Shown here piece after piece: positions 9,911 to 18,658 of a DNA stretch of 64,000 nucleotides. Positions within the stretch are counted from its first letter, which is position 1. Every line of letters begins with the position of its first letter. Position numbers and translations under genes: made by a program. Origin of the DNA: Parcubacteria group bacterium Greene0714_7 (lineage in GTDB: Bacteria; Patescibacteriota; Minisyncoccia; Phycocordibacterales; Phycocordibacteraceae). The DNA is taken from the NCBI GenBank assembly GCA_007378985.1, contig VMHB01000001.1:64252-128251 (forward strand), in the 5' to 3' direction. The notes below the pieces were generated by a model. The model was not told where the DNA came from and did not search any database. It worked only from the letters and a program-made list of their open reading frames with translations.

Positions 9911-9948
9911 AATACCATAGTTCTGCAGAACTATGGTATTATGTACCC
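9903..9948. promoter_or_regulatory. 46-bp perfect palindrome gggtacataataccatagttctgcagaactatggtattatgtaccc spanning the arsR start codon
   Basis: The left half reverse-complements exactly to the right half; the arsR ATG (9910-9908) and the first codon lie inside the left arm. A partial copy gttctgcagaa recurs at 9636-9647. Confidence 0.6.
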
Positions 9949-9981
9949 ACAGAAAGAAAAATCGGCTATACTAGCGCGTAC

Positions 9982-10053
9982 GGCCCCATCGTCTAACGGT
10001 TAGGACACAAGCTTTTCAAGCTTGGAACCCGGGTTCGATTCCCGGTGGGGTCA
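9982..10053 (+). tRNA. tRNA-Glu (anticodon TTC)
   Basis: Acceptor GGCCCCA; anticodon stem-loop CAAGC-TTTTCAA-GCTTG; T-arm CGGGTTCGATTCCCG. Confidence 0.8.
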
Positions 10054-10088
10054 TGATTACAAAAAAGCCTGCAACGCAGGCACTTTTT

Positions 10089-10440
10089 GTTCATGACCCC
10101 AAGCACGAGAATAATTTCTCGTGCGTCCGGGAATCGAATGGCACAGGCATATTTTTGTTTGTGCCTCACAAGGCAAAAATGCCGAGCCGGGGTCGCGAGA
10201 AATTTCTGTCAGGAAATTTACTTGTGACCGGTTTCCCGGTGGGGTCACAAAGTCAAAAACATGCCGACTGCTCGGCATTTTTTACTTTGTGACAGCCGGA
10301 GCCATGTCGCTTGCGACGGGCGAGGCGGGGTCGAGCGCACTTAGTATTTTGTGAGCCTTCGGAGCAAAATACTTAGTGACGGGTGACCACAAAGAAAAAA
10401 CACGCTAGTGAGCCGTGATCGATTCCCGGTGGGGTTCGAA
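10089..10440. repeat. Composite non-coding region downstream of tRNA-Glu: inverted copies of the tRNA 3' end (10091-10102, 10125-10136), an inverted about 100-bp repeat unit (10140-10240), direct copies of the tRNA 3' end (10210-10228, 10412-10430) and a conserved hairpin element (10285-10395)
   Basis: The string cgattcccggtggggt of tRNA-Glu recurs twice downstream. 10190-10232 is the reverse complement of 2761-2800. 10293-10395 matches 32345-32450 almost base for base. Confidence 0.6.
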
Positions 10441-10475
10441 ATGGTGACCGACCCCATTTCCTTCATTGAGTCTTA

Positions 10476-10991
10476 CTAAATTATCTCATAGTGTGACGAG
10501 ACTTCATCGAGAAACTTTTTACCAGCTATCATTTGTTCTGCGAACATCATCCCCACGAGCAACATTACTACCAAATGACTCCCATCTTCCTCTTTGTCAA
10601 AAAAGTGAGTGCAAAATATTTGACCAAATTGAATAGCTAAATCTTTATTTTCTGGATTTAATATTTCAGAATATTCATCACATCTTTTTGAAAATAGTTC
10701 GCTAAATTGACTCCTCTCTTCGGCATCTTTGAAATGTTTATTTAAAATATCATATTGAAATTTGCCAAGTATATGTTTAGTTTTTAGTGTATCTCCAAAA
10801 GTCGCAATAACTGCTCGTATAATCGCAAACATAGGAACAACAATCAATTCTTTATTCTGTTCTTTGTTGATTGAAATTTGCTGATCTTTAAATATATCCG
10901 CCGTAACTAGTGAATCATAATCCGCATCGAAAAATCCCACTAGAGATTCGGCAATTTTATCGGTAGTTATCTCTTTAGAAAAAAATCTCAT
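10476..10991 (-). CDS. Hypothetical protein (171 aa) in an AT-rich island next to tRNA-Glu
   Basis: Long ORF with markedly lower GC than its surroundings and no recognised motif; flanked by the tRNA-end repeats. Confidence 0.45.
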   Translation of the reverse strand: MRFFSKEITTDKIAESLVGFFDADYDSLVTADIFKDQQISINKEQNKELIVVPMFAIIRAVIATFGDTLKTKHILGKFQYDILNKHFKDAEERSQFSELFSKRCDEYSEILNPENKDLAIQFGQIFCTHFFDKEEDGSHLVVMLLVGMMFAEQMIAGKKFLDEVSSHYEII

Positions 10992-11225
10992 ATATAAGAG
11001 TCAGCGAATAATATGGGTAAGAATCCATAGTCCATATCGAGTATATGCTAGCATCAAAAAACAAAACGATATATGTGCCCAAAATCATCTTCCTCTCTGT
11101 TGTTCCACCCCATTCTTCAATGCATTCCCCCACCAAAAAAAGTATAGAGTGACAGGGTGAAGGATGCCTCCATGAGTCTGCGAGGTGCGAGTCAGGGTTT
11201 TTGTTTGTAAAAGGTTCGAGTAAAT

Positions 11226-11864
11226 ATGATAGACTCACTACCCACAATGAATTCAACCGCTCTTACTAATGCCCTGAAGTATCTCCGAAAGGACGTACAT
11301 TTAGGAGATGTAGTGAAAAAGAATCCGAAGCCGGATTTTAAGCCTGCACGTGATGTATATGCTGCGCTGGTGCGTTCTATTGTGTATCAGCAACTCTCTG
11401 GAAAAGCTGCTGGAACAATTCTGAAACGATTTCTTGCGCTGTTTCCAGATACTGGATATCCCAAACCAGAAATTGTTTTAAAAATGAGTGTTGCAAAAAT
11501 GAGAGGTGCTGGACTTTCGGGGCAGAAGACTGCATATATAAAAGATCTTTCGGCGAAATTCTTAGACGGCACAATAGAGCCAAAAAAATTTAAAGTGATG
11601 ACTGACGAAGAGATACGTCAGCACTTAATTGCCGTTAAGGGTATAGGGAGGTGGAGCGCTGACATGTTTTTAATGTCTGGGTTAAATAGGCTCGATGTAT
11701 TGCCAACTGGGGACTTAGGTATTCGTAAAGGCTTTCAAAAGCTTTTTAAAATGAAAACATTGCCTGACGCAAAGAAAATGGAGCGTCTTGCTGAGCCGTG
11801 GCGCCCCTACCGCACCATTGCTTCTTGGTACTTATGGCGCCTAGCCGATGAGGATAAACGCTAG
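11226..11864 (+). CDS. HhH-GPD superfamily DNA glycosylase (AlkA-like 3-methyladenine DNA glycosylase II)
   Basis: Helix-hairpin-helix plus Gly/Pro-rich loop and catalytic Asp (VKGIGRWSADMFLMSGLNRLDVLPTGDLG). Confidence 0.7.
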   Translation: MIDSLPTMNSTALTNALKYLRKDVHLGDVVKKNPKPDFKPARDVYAALVRSIVYQQLSGKAAGTILKRFLALFPDTGYPKPEIVLKMSVAKMRGAGLSGQKTAYIKDLSAKFLDGTIEPKKFKVMTDEEIRQHLIAVKGIGRWSADMFLMSGLNRLDVLPTGDLGIRKGFQKLFKMKTLPDAKKMERLAEPWRPYRTIASWYLWRLADEDKR

Positions 11865-11911
11865 TTTAGTACTCCGACGCTTCATTAAAGTAAAAAGATA
11901 ATTTGAAATAC

Positions 11912-11955
11912 CCTGTATAGTATAATTTAACGACCGTTAGATTATACTATACAGG
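11912..11955. promoter_or_regulatory. Palindrome B, copy 1: cctgtatagtataat-ttaacgaccgttag-attatactatacagg
   Basis: 15-bp perfect inverted arms that each contain a TATAAT-like hexamer; related copies at 46059-46100 and 51107-51148. Confidence 0.5.
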
Positions 11956-12009
11956 ATGGAGAGTAATTCTAAAGATTTTAGGAGAGGAATGGTTTACCAA
12001 GGTCGGACC

Positions 12010-12045
12010 TTTGTATTTTAAGATACCCCTAATTCGCACGAATTA
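12010..12045. promoter_or_regulatory. Palindrome A, copy 1: aagatacccctaattcgcacgaattaggggtatctt
   Basis: 17-bp perfect arms; the outer half-sites ATACCCC/GGGGTAT match the CsoR-operator half-sites at 5297-5314. A second copy lies at 45981-46014. Confidence 0.5.
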
Positions 12046-12105
12046 GGGGTATCTTAATTAAAAATTATTTAGGTATCGTGATGTGGCATGAATCAGTGGT
12101 ATATG

Positions 12106-12167
12106 AAAAGGACATTGAAGTGATTTGATATACAAAATCACTTCAATGTCCTTTTTTCTTTTCCCTA
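12106..12167. terminator. Bidirectional intrinsic terminator between the convergent alkA-like gene and ahcY
   Basis: About 20-bp perfect stem (ggacattgaagtgattt...aaatcacttcaatgtcc) flanked by an A-tract and a T-tract. Confidence 0.7.
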
Positions 12168-12190
12168 AACCCTAACCACTAATCACTAGC

Positions 12191-13510
12191 TCAGGTTCCT
12201 TCTTCCCACGAACTCAAATAGTGTTTTTGTTCTTCGGTGAGGGTATCAACGTAGATGCCCATAGAAGCGAGTTTTAAGTTAGCGACACGGTTTTCTATTT
12301 CTGGATCAATTTCATACACGCCAGCTTTTAGTGTTGCTTTATTGGCAACAACCCACGATGAAGCAAGTGCTTGTGTTGCAAAGCTCATATCCATAACGGA
12401 TGCGGGATGACCTTCAGCGGCTGCGAGGTTTACTAAGCGTCCTTCGCCAATAACATAGAGTCTTTTACCGCCTACGAGGTATTCATCAACATTTTTGCGC
12501 ACATCTTTTGTCACTTTTTCAGCCATTGCTTCAAGTGCTTTCAGATTTATTTCCACATCAAAGTGACCTGAATTGCAGAGAATAGCTCCGTCTTTCATGG
12601 CAGGGAAGTGTGTTTTGTCGATGACATTGATGTCCCCTGTGAGTGTGCAGAAGATGTCGCCAATTTTAGCGGCCTCTTTCATGGGCATAACCTCAAACCC
12701 GTCCATAACGGCTTCAAGAGCCTTAATAGAATCCACTTCAGTAACTATAGTGCGTGCTCCCATACCACGAGCGCGCATGGCAAATCCTCGTCCGCACCAG
12801 CCGTATCCTCCAACCACAACTACTTTGCCGGCGATGAGGGCGTCAGTTGCACGAATGATACCGTCCAAGGTTGATTGGCCAGTACCGTAGCGATTGTCAA
12901 AAAGATTTTTTGTTTTTGCATCGTTCACGGCAACAACAGGTATTTTTAGTGCACCATCTTTTGCCATTGCACGAAGGCGGATGACTCCTGTGGTTGTCTC
13001 CTCCATGCTTCCCATAATTTGTGTTGCTTTCTCAGGGTGATCGCGGTGAATGGTAGTTATGAGGTCTGCCCCGTCGTCCATGGTGATAACAGGGTTGTGT
13101 GCAATAGCGGCTTCAATGTGTGAGAAGAATTTTTCTTTATCTTCAGCGCGAATGGCATACACGGGGATGCCGTAGTCGACAACTAAGCTCGCTGCGACAT
13201 CGTCTTGTGTTGAAAGGGGATTGGAGGCTACTAGGAGCACATTAGCGCCACCAGCTTTTAGTGTACGCATGAGGTTTGCGGTTTCAGCGGTGACATGGAG
13301 GCATGCTGAAAAATTCATATCTTTAAACGGGAGTTCTTTTTCAAATTGTGCACGCACATCACGAAGTACCGGCATGTCGCGTTCTGCCCATTCGATTCTT
13401 TTCTTTCCAAGAGGTGCGAGAGCTATGTCTTTAATATCGTATTCCATCCCGTTGTGAAGTTTGGCGTCATTTCCTGCAGGGTTTTTATTAGAGTTTGTTG
13501 AGATATCCAT
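12191..13510 (-). CDS. ahcY: Adenosylhomocysteinase (S-adenosyl-L-homocysteine hydrolase)
   Basis: 439 aa; NAD-binding GYGWCGRG; SAHH-typical N-terminal region. Confidence 0.9.
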   Translation of the reverse strand: MDISTNSNKNPAGNDAKLHNGMEYDIKDIALAPLGKKRIEWAERDMPVLRDVRAQFEKELPFKDMNFSACLHVTAETANLMRTLKAGGANVLLVASNPLSTQDDVAASLVVDYGIPVYAIRAEDKEKFFSHIEAAIAHNPVITMDDGADLITTIHRDHPEKATQIMGSMEETTTGVIRLRAMAKDGALKIPVVAVNDAKTKNLFDNRYGTGQSTLDGIIRATDALIAGKVVVVGGYGWCGRGFAMRARGMGARTIVTEVDSIKALEAVMDGFEVMPMKEAAKIGDIFCTLTGDINVIDKTHFPAMKDGAILCNSGHFDVEINLKALEAMAEKVTKDVRKNVDEYLVGGKRLYVIGEGRLVNLAAAEGHPASVMDMSFATQALASSWVVANKATLKAGVYEIDPEIENRVANLKLASMGIYVDTLTEEQKHYLSSWEEGT

Positions 13511-13576
13511 ATGTTATTTTAAGTTGAAGGTGATTATATAAGGAAATGCATTGCAACGCCAAACTCTACAACAGGA

Positions 13577-14515
13577 TTATGAAGGTAGTGATTCTTTAAA
13601 ATTTTCTTTATAGCGCGCTCCCAAGCTTATTGGATTAAAGATGTGGGTTTGGGTTCCCCGAAGTTCAACTGTATAGCACGCAACGAGTCCTGCAAACTTG
13701 CCTATGGTTTCAAGTGGCCAGCCTTTCAAAAGTCCATGCATAAAGCCCGCACGGTATGCGTCTCCAGCGCCAGTTGGGTCAATACTGTTCTTAGGAGTTC
13801 CTGCTGGAACTTTAATAATCATATTGCCTTTTCGTATTTCCGAGCCCTCTCTACCAAAGGTTGTAACCAGTATTTCTGTGTGCGTTAACATGTCTTCCGC
13901 GCTCCAGCCTGTTTTCTTTGTGATGAGTGCTCGCTCATAATCGTTTACGATGCATACCTTTGCGCCTTCCATGCCTTTTTTTATGTCATCGTCAGAGATG
14001 TTGCTGATTTGCTGTCCGGGATCAAACATAAAAGGGATGTTGTGTGTGCGACAAAATTCAGGGATAGTACGCATATCTTCTGGGTTGCCGGGAGCAACAA
14101 TGACGAAAGAATCTTTGTCGATAGTGTGCTCGCTCAGGGTGTACGGTAATTGCATAGCGCCCGGATAAAACGCACTAATCTGATTGTATTTTTGGTCCGT
14201 CATGACAGTAGCGAACGCCGTGCGGAGGCTTCCATTAATGCGTATGCGTCCAGTTCCAACGTGGTGTGAGGTCATCCACTTCATATACGGCTCAAAGTCG
14301 TTTCCCGCGTTTGCCACTATGACAGCTTCATCACCGAGGAGGGAGAGTGTGTAAGCAATGTTGCCTGCAGTACCTCCGTAGGACTCTTCTAGGGAGTCCA
14401 CATAGAAGCTCACATTGATGTCGTGGATTTTTTCCGGCAGGATATGATCACCAAAAAGACCTTTGTAGTCCATGATACGGTCGTAGGCGAGTGATCCTGA
14501 GATGAAGATTTTCAT
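13577..14515 (-). CDS. PfkB-family carbohydrate/nucleoside kinase (adenosine-kinase-like)
   Basis: DPTGAGDA motif and GG dipeptide region of the ribokinase fold. Adjacency to ahcY suggests adenosine kinase. Confidence 0.65.
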   Translation of the reverse strand: MKIFISGSLAYDRIMDYKGLFGDHILPEKIHDINVSFYVDSLEESYGGTAGNIAYTLSLLGDEAVIVANAGNDFEPYMKWMTSHHVGTGRIRINGSLRTAFATVMTDQKYNQISAFYPGAMQLPYTLSEHTIDKDSFVIVAPGNPEDMRTIPEFCRTHNIPFMFDPGQQISNISDDDIKKGMEGAKVCIVNDYERALITKKTGWSAEDMLTHTEILVTTFGREGSEIRKGNMIIKVPAGTPKNSIDPTGAGDAYRAGFMHGLLKGWPLETIGKFAGLVACYTVELRGTQTHIFNPISLGARYKENFKESLPS

Positions 14516-14651
14516 ATAAAGAAAGGGGTTAGCTTCTAGGTGCTAGGTTCTAGCTTTCTGAAAATTGAAAAGCTAGCACCTAGTTCCTAGTACCTAAAAC
14601 CTATCCCAGAGTTTACCTCGTGAGCTGAAAAAATAAAAGAAATCGAAGAAC
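14516..14651. repeat. Heptamer-periodic imperfect hairpin element between trxB and the pfkB-kinase start
   Basis: Reverse complement reads ...ctaggaactaggtgctagcttttcaattttcagaaagctagaacctagcacctagaagctaacccc...ATG; homologous to 21236-21336. Confidence 0.55.
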
Positions 14652-15575
14652 CTACCTCGTTTTCAAATGAACATAGATGTCTTCTAGTGCTTTCACCGCA
14701 TCTCCTGCGGCGATGTTGTTTTGGTGGTACAGACTGCTAGTGCAATCACCAGCAGCCCAAATTCCAGTGCAGGATGTTTTTTGTGTTTTGTGGTCAATAA
14801 TAATGCGTCTGTATTGATCGAGCTCAACTAAACCGTCAACGAATTCAGTTGAAGGGACCATGCCGATTTCAACAAATATTCCTGAAACAGCGAGTGTAGA
14901 TTCCGCTCCAGTGACGAGGTTTTTATATCGAAGACCATTCACAAACTTTTCTCCAGTGATTTGGAGTGTTTCAGCGTTTAAGAATCCCTTCATGTTTGGG
15001 TGCGCTAATACTTTCTCAACGGTAACAGGGTCAGCGGCGTATTGTTCTCCTCGGTGTAAGAGTGTAACGCTTTTTGCGTATGCCAAAAGTTGGGCGGCTG
15101 TTTCAAACCCAGCATTACCTCCGCCGATGACTACAACATCACTACCGCTAAACAAAGGTCCGTCACAAGATGCACAGTAGGTAACTCCTTTATTGTCGAA
15201 CTCATGAGCACCTGGAGCATCTAATTTTCTTCTTGAGCCTCCTGCTGTTACGAGAACAGTCTTCGCATTGTAGGACTTACCAGTCTTTGTGGTGATGGTG
15301 AAATGTCCATCTTCTGAAGCAACTTTGAGTACACGCTCTCCCGTAACGATATCGACAACGGAGCCTGCGTATGCGCGCACATGTGCTTCAAGATTTTTTG
15401 CTAGATCTGCACCTGAGATTGCTGGCGTGCCAATCCAATTTTGTATTTCCTCTGAGACAACGCTTTGTCCGCCGAAAAGGTCAGTAATCAGTACTGTTTT
15501 TAAAAGTTTGCGTGCTGCGTATACACCTGCCGCTGAGCCTCCGGGCCCGCCTCCAATTATTGCAACATCGTACAT
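14652..15575 (-). CDS. trxB: Thioredoxin-disulfide reductase
   Basis: FAD motif GGGPGG, redox-active CASCDG, NADPH motif GGGNAG, 307 aa. Confidence 0.9.
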   Translation of the reverse strand: MYDVAIIGGGPGGSAAGVYAARKLLKTVLITDLFGGQSVVSEEIQNWIGTPAISGADLAKNLEAHVRAYAGSVVDIVTGERVLKVASEDGHFTITTKTGKSYNAKTVLVTAGGSRRKLDAPGAHEFDNKGVTYCASCDGPLFSGSDVVVIGGGNAGFETAAQLLAYAKSVTLLHRGEQYAADPVTVEKVLAHPNMKGFLNAETLQITGEKFVNGLRYKNLVTGAESTLAVSGIFVEIGMVPSTEFVDGLVELDQYRRIIIDHKTQKTSCTGIWAAGDCTSSLYHQNNIAAGDAVKALEDIYVHLKTR

Positions 15576-15683
15576 AAAATAGCTTTCAGGTGTCAGCTTA
15601 CAGCTTTCAGCTTAAAAAACAAAATCCACACCTCTCTTTAAAATAAAAAAACCAAGATGGATTTAAGATTCGGTTCAAAAAAC

Positions 15684-15753
15684 AACCCCCAACCCCTTTA
15701 GTTAACTAAAGGGGTTGGGGGGTAAAAAAGAAAGCCGGAAGTTCCCGGCTTTC
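15684..15753. terminator. Two consecutive strong hairpins downstream of ftsZ (aacccccaacccctttag...ctaaaggggttgggggg and gaaagccggaagttcccggctttc)
   Basis: Inverted repeats read directly; they sit between the ftsZ stop and the trxB upstream region. Confidence 0.6.
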
Positions 15754-15775
15754 TCAATACTCTTAACTCTATTCA

Positions 15776-16957
15776 TTAGTTCTTACGGTTTCTGCGCAAG
15801 AACGCAGGAACCGCTGCCCATTCATCATCTTCTTCAGCTGGTTTTGGTGCTGGCATATCGCGTCGTACTGGTGGGACGATCTCCTCGTCATCTACCCGAC
15901 TTGGCATTACCGTATTGTATATTTTCCCCGACTGTTCCTCTTCTTTTTTCTCTTTCTTTGCACCGATTTGGAAGAGGGGTTGCCCGTGCACACTTGATGC
16001 CTCTTCAGGGAACCCAGTTGCAATGACGGTTACACGAACTTCGCCCTTTTTAAGTCGTTCATCTTTTGATGTGCCGAAGATAACTTTTGCATTTTTGTCG
16101 ATTGATTCAGTAACAATTTGTGCTGCGGCCTGTACTTCAAGAAGTCCCAAGTCTTCACCTCCAGCAATTGAGAGCAAGACACCTTTTGCGCCATTGATAG
16201 AAATATCGAGGAGAGGGGAGTTGATTGCCAAACGAGCCGCTTCTTCTGCTCGCTTATCGCCTTGTGCAATACCGACGCCCATGAGTGCTGAGCCTGCATC
16301 TTCCATGATCGATTTGATGTCAGCGAAGTCGAGATTGATGTTACCTGGTGTGGTGATGAGATCCGAAACACCTTCAACTGCTTGTCGTAATACTTCATCA
16401 CAAAGTGCAAATGCGCTTCGTACTGTTGTGTTTTGGTCAACGACAGCAAGTAAGCGATCGTTAGGAATAACAATCAAAGCGTCTACTTCTTTGCGGAGCT
16501 CATCGAGACCTTGTTCTGCAAGGCGCATACGTTGCTGACCTTCAAATGAAAATGGTTTAGTAACAACTGCTACCGTGAGTGCGCCAGTTTCTTTTGCAAT
16601 TTTTGCAACAATAGGTGCAGCGCCTGTGCAAGTACCTCCACCCATACCTCCTGCAATAAAGACCATGTCAGATCCACGGAGTGTATCTTGAATTTCAGAT
16701 TGTGTTTCTTCAGCGGCACGCTTACCAACTGCAGGATTCATTCCAGCGCCGAGACCTCGTGTGAGATTTTTCCCAATGTGGATTTTTGCTTTTGCTGATG
16801 ATTGCTGGAGGTCTTGTGCATCAGTGTTGATGACGATGAAATCAACACCTTTTACTTTTGATGCAACCATGTGGTTGATGGCATTTTTACCAGAACCGCC
16901 GATACCGATGACGCGAATTCGTGCTGATGATTCCATTTCTGAATGTACCTGTACCAT
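15776..16957 (-). CDS. ftsZ: Cell division protein FtsZ
   Basis: GIGGSGKNAINHM and GGGTGTGAAP tubulin-signature motifs. Confidence 0.95.
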   Translation of the reverse strand: MVQVHSEMESSARIRVIGIGGSGKNAINHMVASKVKGVDFIVINTDAQDLQQSSAKAKIHIGKNLTRGLGAGMNPAVGKRAAEETQSEIQDTLRGSDMVFIAGGMGGGTCTGAAPIVAKIAKETGALTVAVVTKPFSFEGQQRMRLAEQGLDELRKEVDALIVIPNDRLLAVVDQNTTVRSAFALCDEVLRQAVEGVSDLITTPGNINLDFADIKSIMEDAGSALMGVGIAQGDKRAEEAARLAINSPLLDISINGAKGVLLSIAGGEDLGLLEVQAAAQIVTESIDKNAKVIFGTSKDERLKKGEVRVTVIATGFPEEASSVHGQPLFQIGAKKEKKEEEQSGKIYNTVMPSRVDDEEIVPPVRRDMPAPKPAEEDDEWAAVPAFLRRNRKN

Positions 16958-17144
16958 GGTGTTTTTTGAGTTTTATTAAGCTAGTCGCCTTATAATAGAG
17001 AAAAGCGACTACTGTTGCAACGTTTGACTTTTCTATCAAATTGATTCGCTATTTAAGTCGAAATTTTGAAAAATGAGCGACCTACGAGGTCGTTCATTGT
17101 TGATTTTTCTATGTTAGAAAACCACATGATATATTTTATTTTCC

Positions 17145-17384
17145 ATGTCATTTGAGACTCAACGATTTGTGGCGGAGATTGAAGTAGAGGATTGCCGTCA
17201 TTCTTGGAAGTATAAAGTCGGTCAAGGGAATCTTTATCAGTGTAAAGATTGCCGCGTGATCGGGTTGCTAAATCGGAATATGAACGAGATTGAGCCACTA
17301 CGTTGCACAGTGTGTTCTCGATGGTCGAGCCGAATGGGGCAGGCGGGTCCGGTATGTATCGAGCATAAGCGTTCGTCGCTTTGA
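17145..17384 (+). CDS. Hypothetical small zinc-ribbon protein (79 aa) in the ftsA-ftsZ intergenic gap
   Basis: Two CxxC pairs (CKDC...CTVC) 18 residues apart; it occupies an unusually long 436-bp gap. Low confidence that it is real. Confidence 0.3.
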   Translation: MSFETQRFVAEIEVEDCRHSWKYKVGQGNLYQCKDCRVIGLLNRNMNEIEPLRCTVCSRWSSRMGQAGPVCIEHKRSSL

Positions 17385-17392
17385 TTTCTCTC

Positions 17393-18565
17393 TCAAGGCA
17401 AGAATTGTCGCAAAAATCCCATGACGGAATTACTGACTTCTTTGATAGCAATGCCAGCAGTAGGACGAGCAAAATTGTCGCCAGTCAGCCCCCATATAGT
17501 GAGTCCATAGGCTACCGCCCATGACGAATCTTTTATTTTTGCATCACTCGCAATATTAAGTGAAGCAATTTTTGAGTGGAGCTTCAATGCTGATTCTGCA
17601 ATTTCTTTTATAGGGCCAATACCGGAACCACCTCCTGAAAGAACAATGCCTGCAGGGAGTAGTTGATCCTTACCAAGTTTTTTTAAATGACCATCGATGA
17701 GTTCAAAGATGTCAGTGAGTCGCGCAGTCAAAATGTCATCAAATTTTTTCTTTGAGTAGGTAGCGTTGGTTATTGCACCGAGTTTTAATTGCTCCGCTTC
17801 ATCAAGTGAGATTCTGAGCCCCAATGCAATATCTTTTGTGATGTCCATCGAGCCAATGCGAAATACTTTCAGTGATACCGGCATACCGTTATCAAATACA
17901 ACTATTGAAACTGTTTCAGCGCCTATGTTTGCAAGAACGCACCCGGCTTTTTTTTCAGCATTTGAAAGGGTAATGATGGATCCTGCGAGAGGTGACGCCA
18001 TAGTATCAGCCACGGCAATATCAGCTCGCTCAACGGACTCAATGAGGTCGTTTACATGTTGCTCTAAACAGGTCACGAACAGTGTTTCGACAGAAAGTTT
18101 TGTTCCTTTCATTCCATGTGGGCGACCTAACACTTCTGAACCATCTATTGAAAACACCAAGGGCACCGTGTGGAGAATTTTCCTGTTTACCAGTCTTCCT
18201 GATACATTTTCGCGGGATGCGTCAATTGCTTTTTCGATATCAAGATCAGTAACTTCAGCGTCAGCTCGAGAAATAATTGCATCTCCTTTGCCTCGTACCT
18301 CATCAAGTCCAATGCCACCGATAGAGAGAAAGGCGGTTTTTATTTTTACACCTGCAAATTCTGAAGCCTGCGTCGCGGCAATGCGAATTGATCGAGCTAC
18401 ATCGTCTGCGTTTACAATGTAGCCATGTCGAAGCCCTTTTGATTCTGCATATCCCGTGCCTATGATTTTTGGGAATAGAGAGGTGCGGTCTGCCGATTCG
18501 CGCGCAATGACAACGCGCACCTGATAGGTGCCAATATCGATGCCAACTGCGATACGGGGTGCCAT
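17393..18565 (-). CDS. ftsA: Cell division protein FtsA
   Basis: Actin-like ATPase fold (AVGIDIGTYQVRVVIA, DIGGG-like phosphate motifs); upstream of ftsZ. Start placed at MAPRIAVGIDIG because the longer ORF would translate a motif that is non-coding at two other loci. Confidence 0.85.
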   Translation of the reverse strand: MAPRIAVGIDIGTYQVRVVIARESADRTSLFPKIIGTGYAESKGLRHGYIVNADDVARSIRIAATQASEFAGVKIKTAFLSIGGIGLDEVRGKGDAIISRADAEVTDLDIEKAIDASRENVSGRLVNRKILHTVPLVFSIDGSEVLGRPHGMKGTKLSVETLFVTCLEQHVNDLIESVERADIAVADTMASPLAGSIITLSNAEKKAGCVLANIGAETVSIVVFDNGMPVSLKVFRIGSMDITKDIALGLRISLDEAEQLKLGAITNATYSKKKFDDILTARLTDIFELIDGHLKKLGKDQLLPAGIVLSGGGSGIGPIKEIAESALKLHSKIASLNIASDAKIKDSSWAVAYGLTIWGLTGDNFARPTAGIAIKEVSNSVMGFLRQFLP

Positions 18566-18576
18566 TGTAATAGGGG

Positions 18577-18610
18577 ATAGGCGACGCTTCGTCGGATCCG
18601 AAGGGATCAT
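18577..18610. promoter_or_regulatory. Conserved two-hairpin motif, copy 1 (ataggcgacgcttcgtcggatccgaagggatcat) in the ftsA leader
   Basis: Near-identical copies at 50161-50195 and 59728-59759. Hairpins are cgacg-ctt-cgtcg and gatcc-gaag-ggatc. Confidence 0.55.
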
Positions 18611-18658
18611 GTGGTTTTTACCACAAAACGTTGTCGTCAAACTTATCCTATCACGCAC

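Noticed and set aside
17053-17472. 139-aa minus-strand ORF between ftsZ and ftsA
   Set aside because: It overlaps the 3' end of ftsA by about 80 nt in another frame and has a low-complexity composition. The + strand zinc-ribbon ORF in the same gap is more gene-like, and even that one is low confidence.
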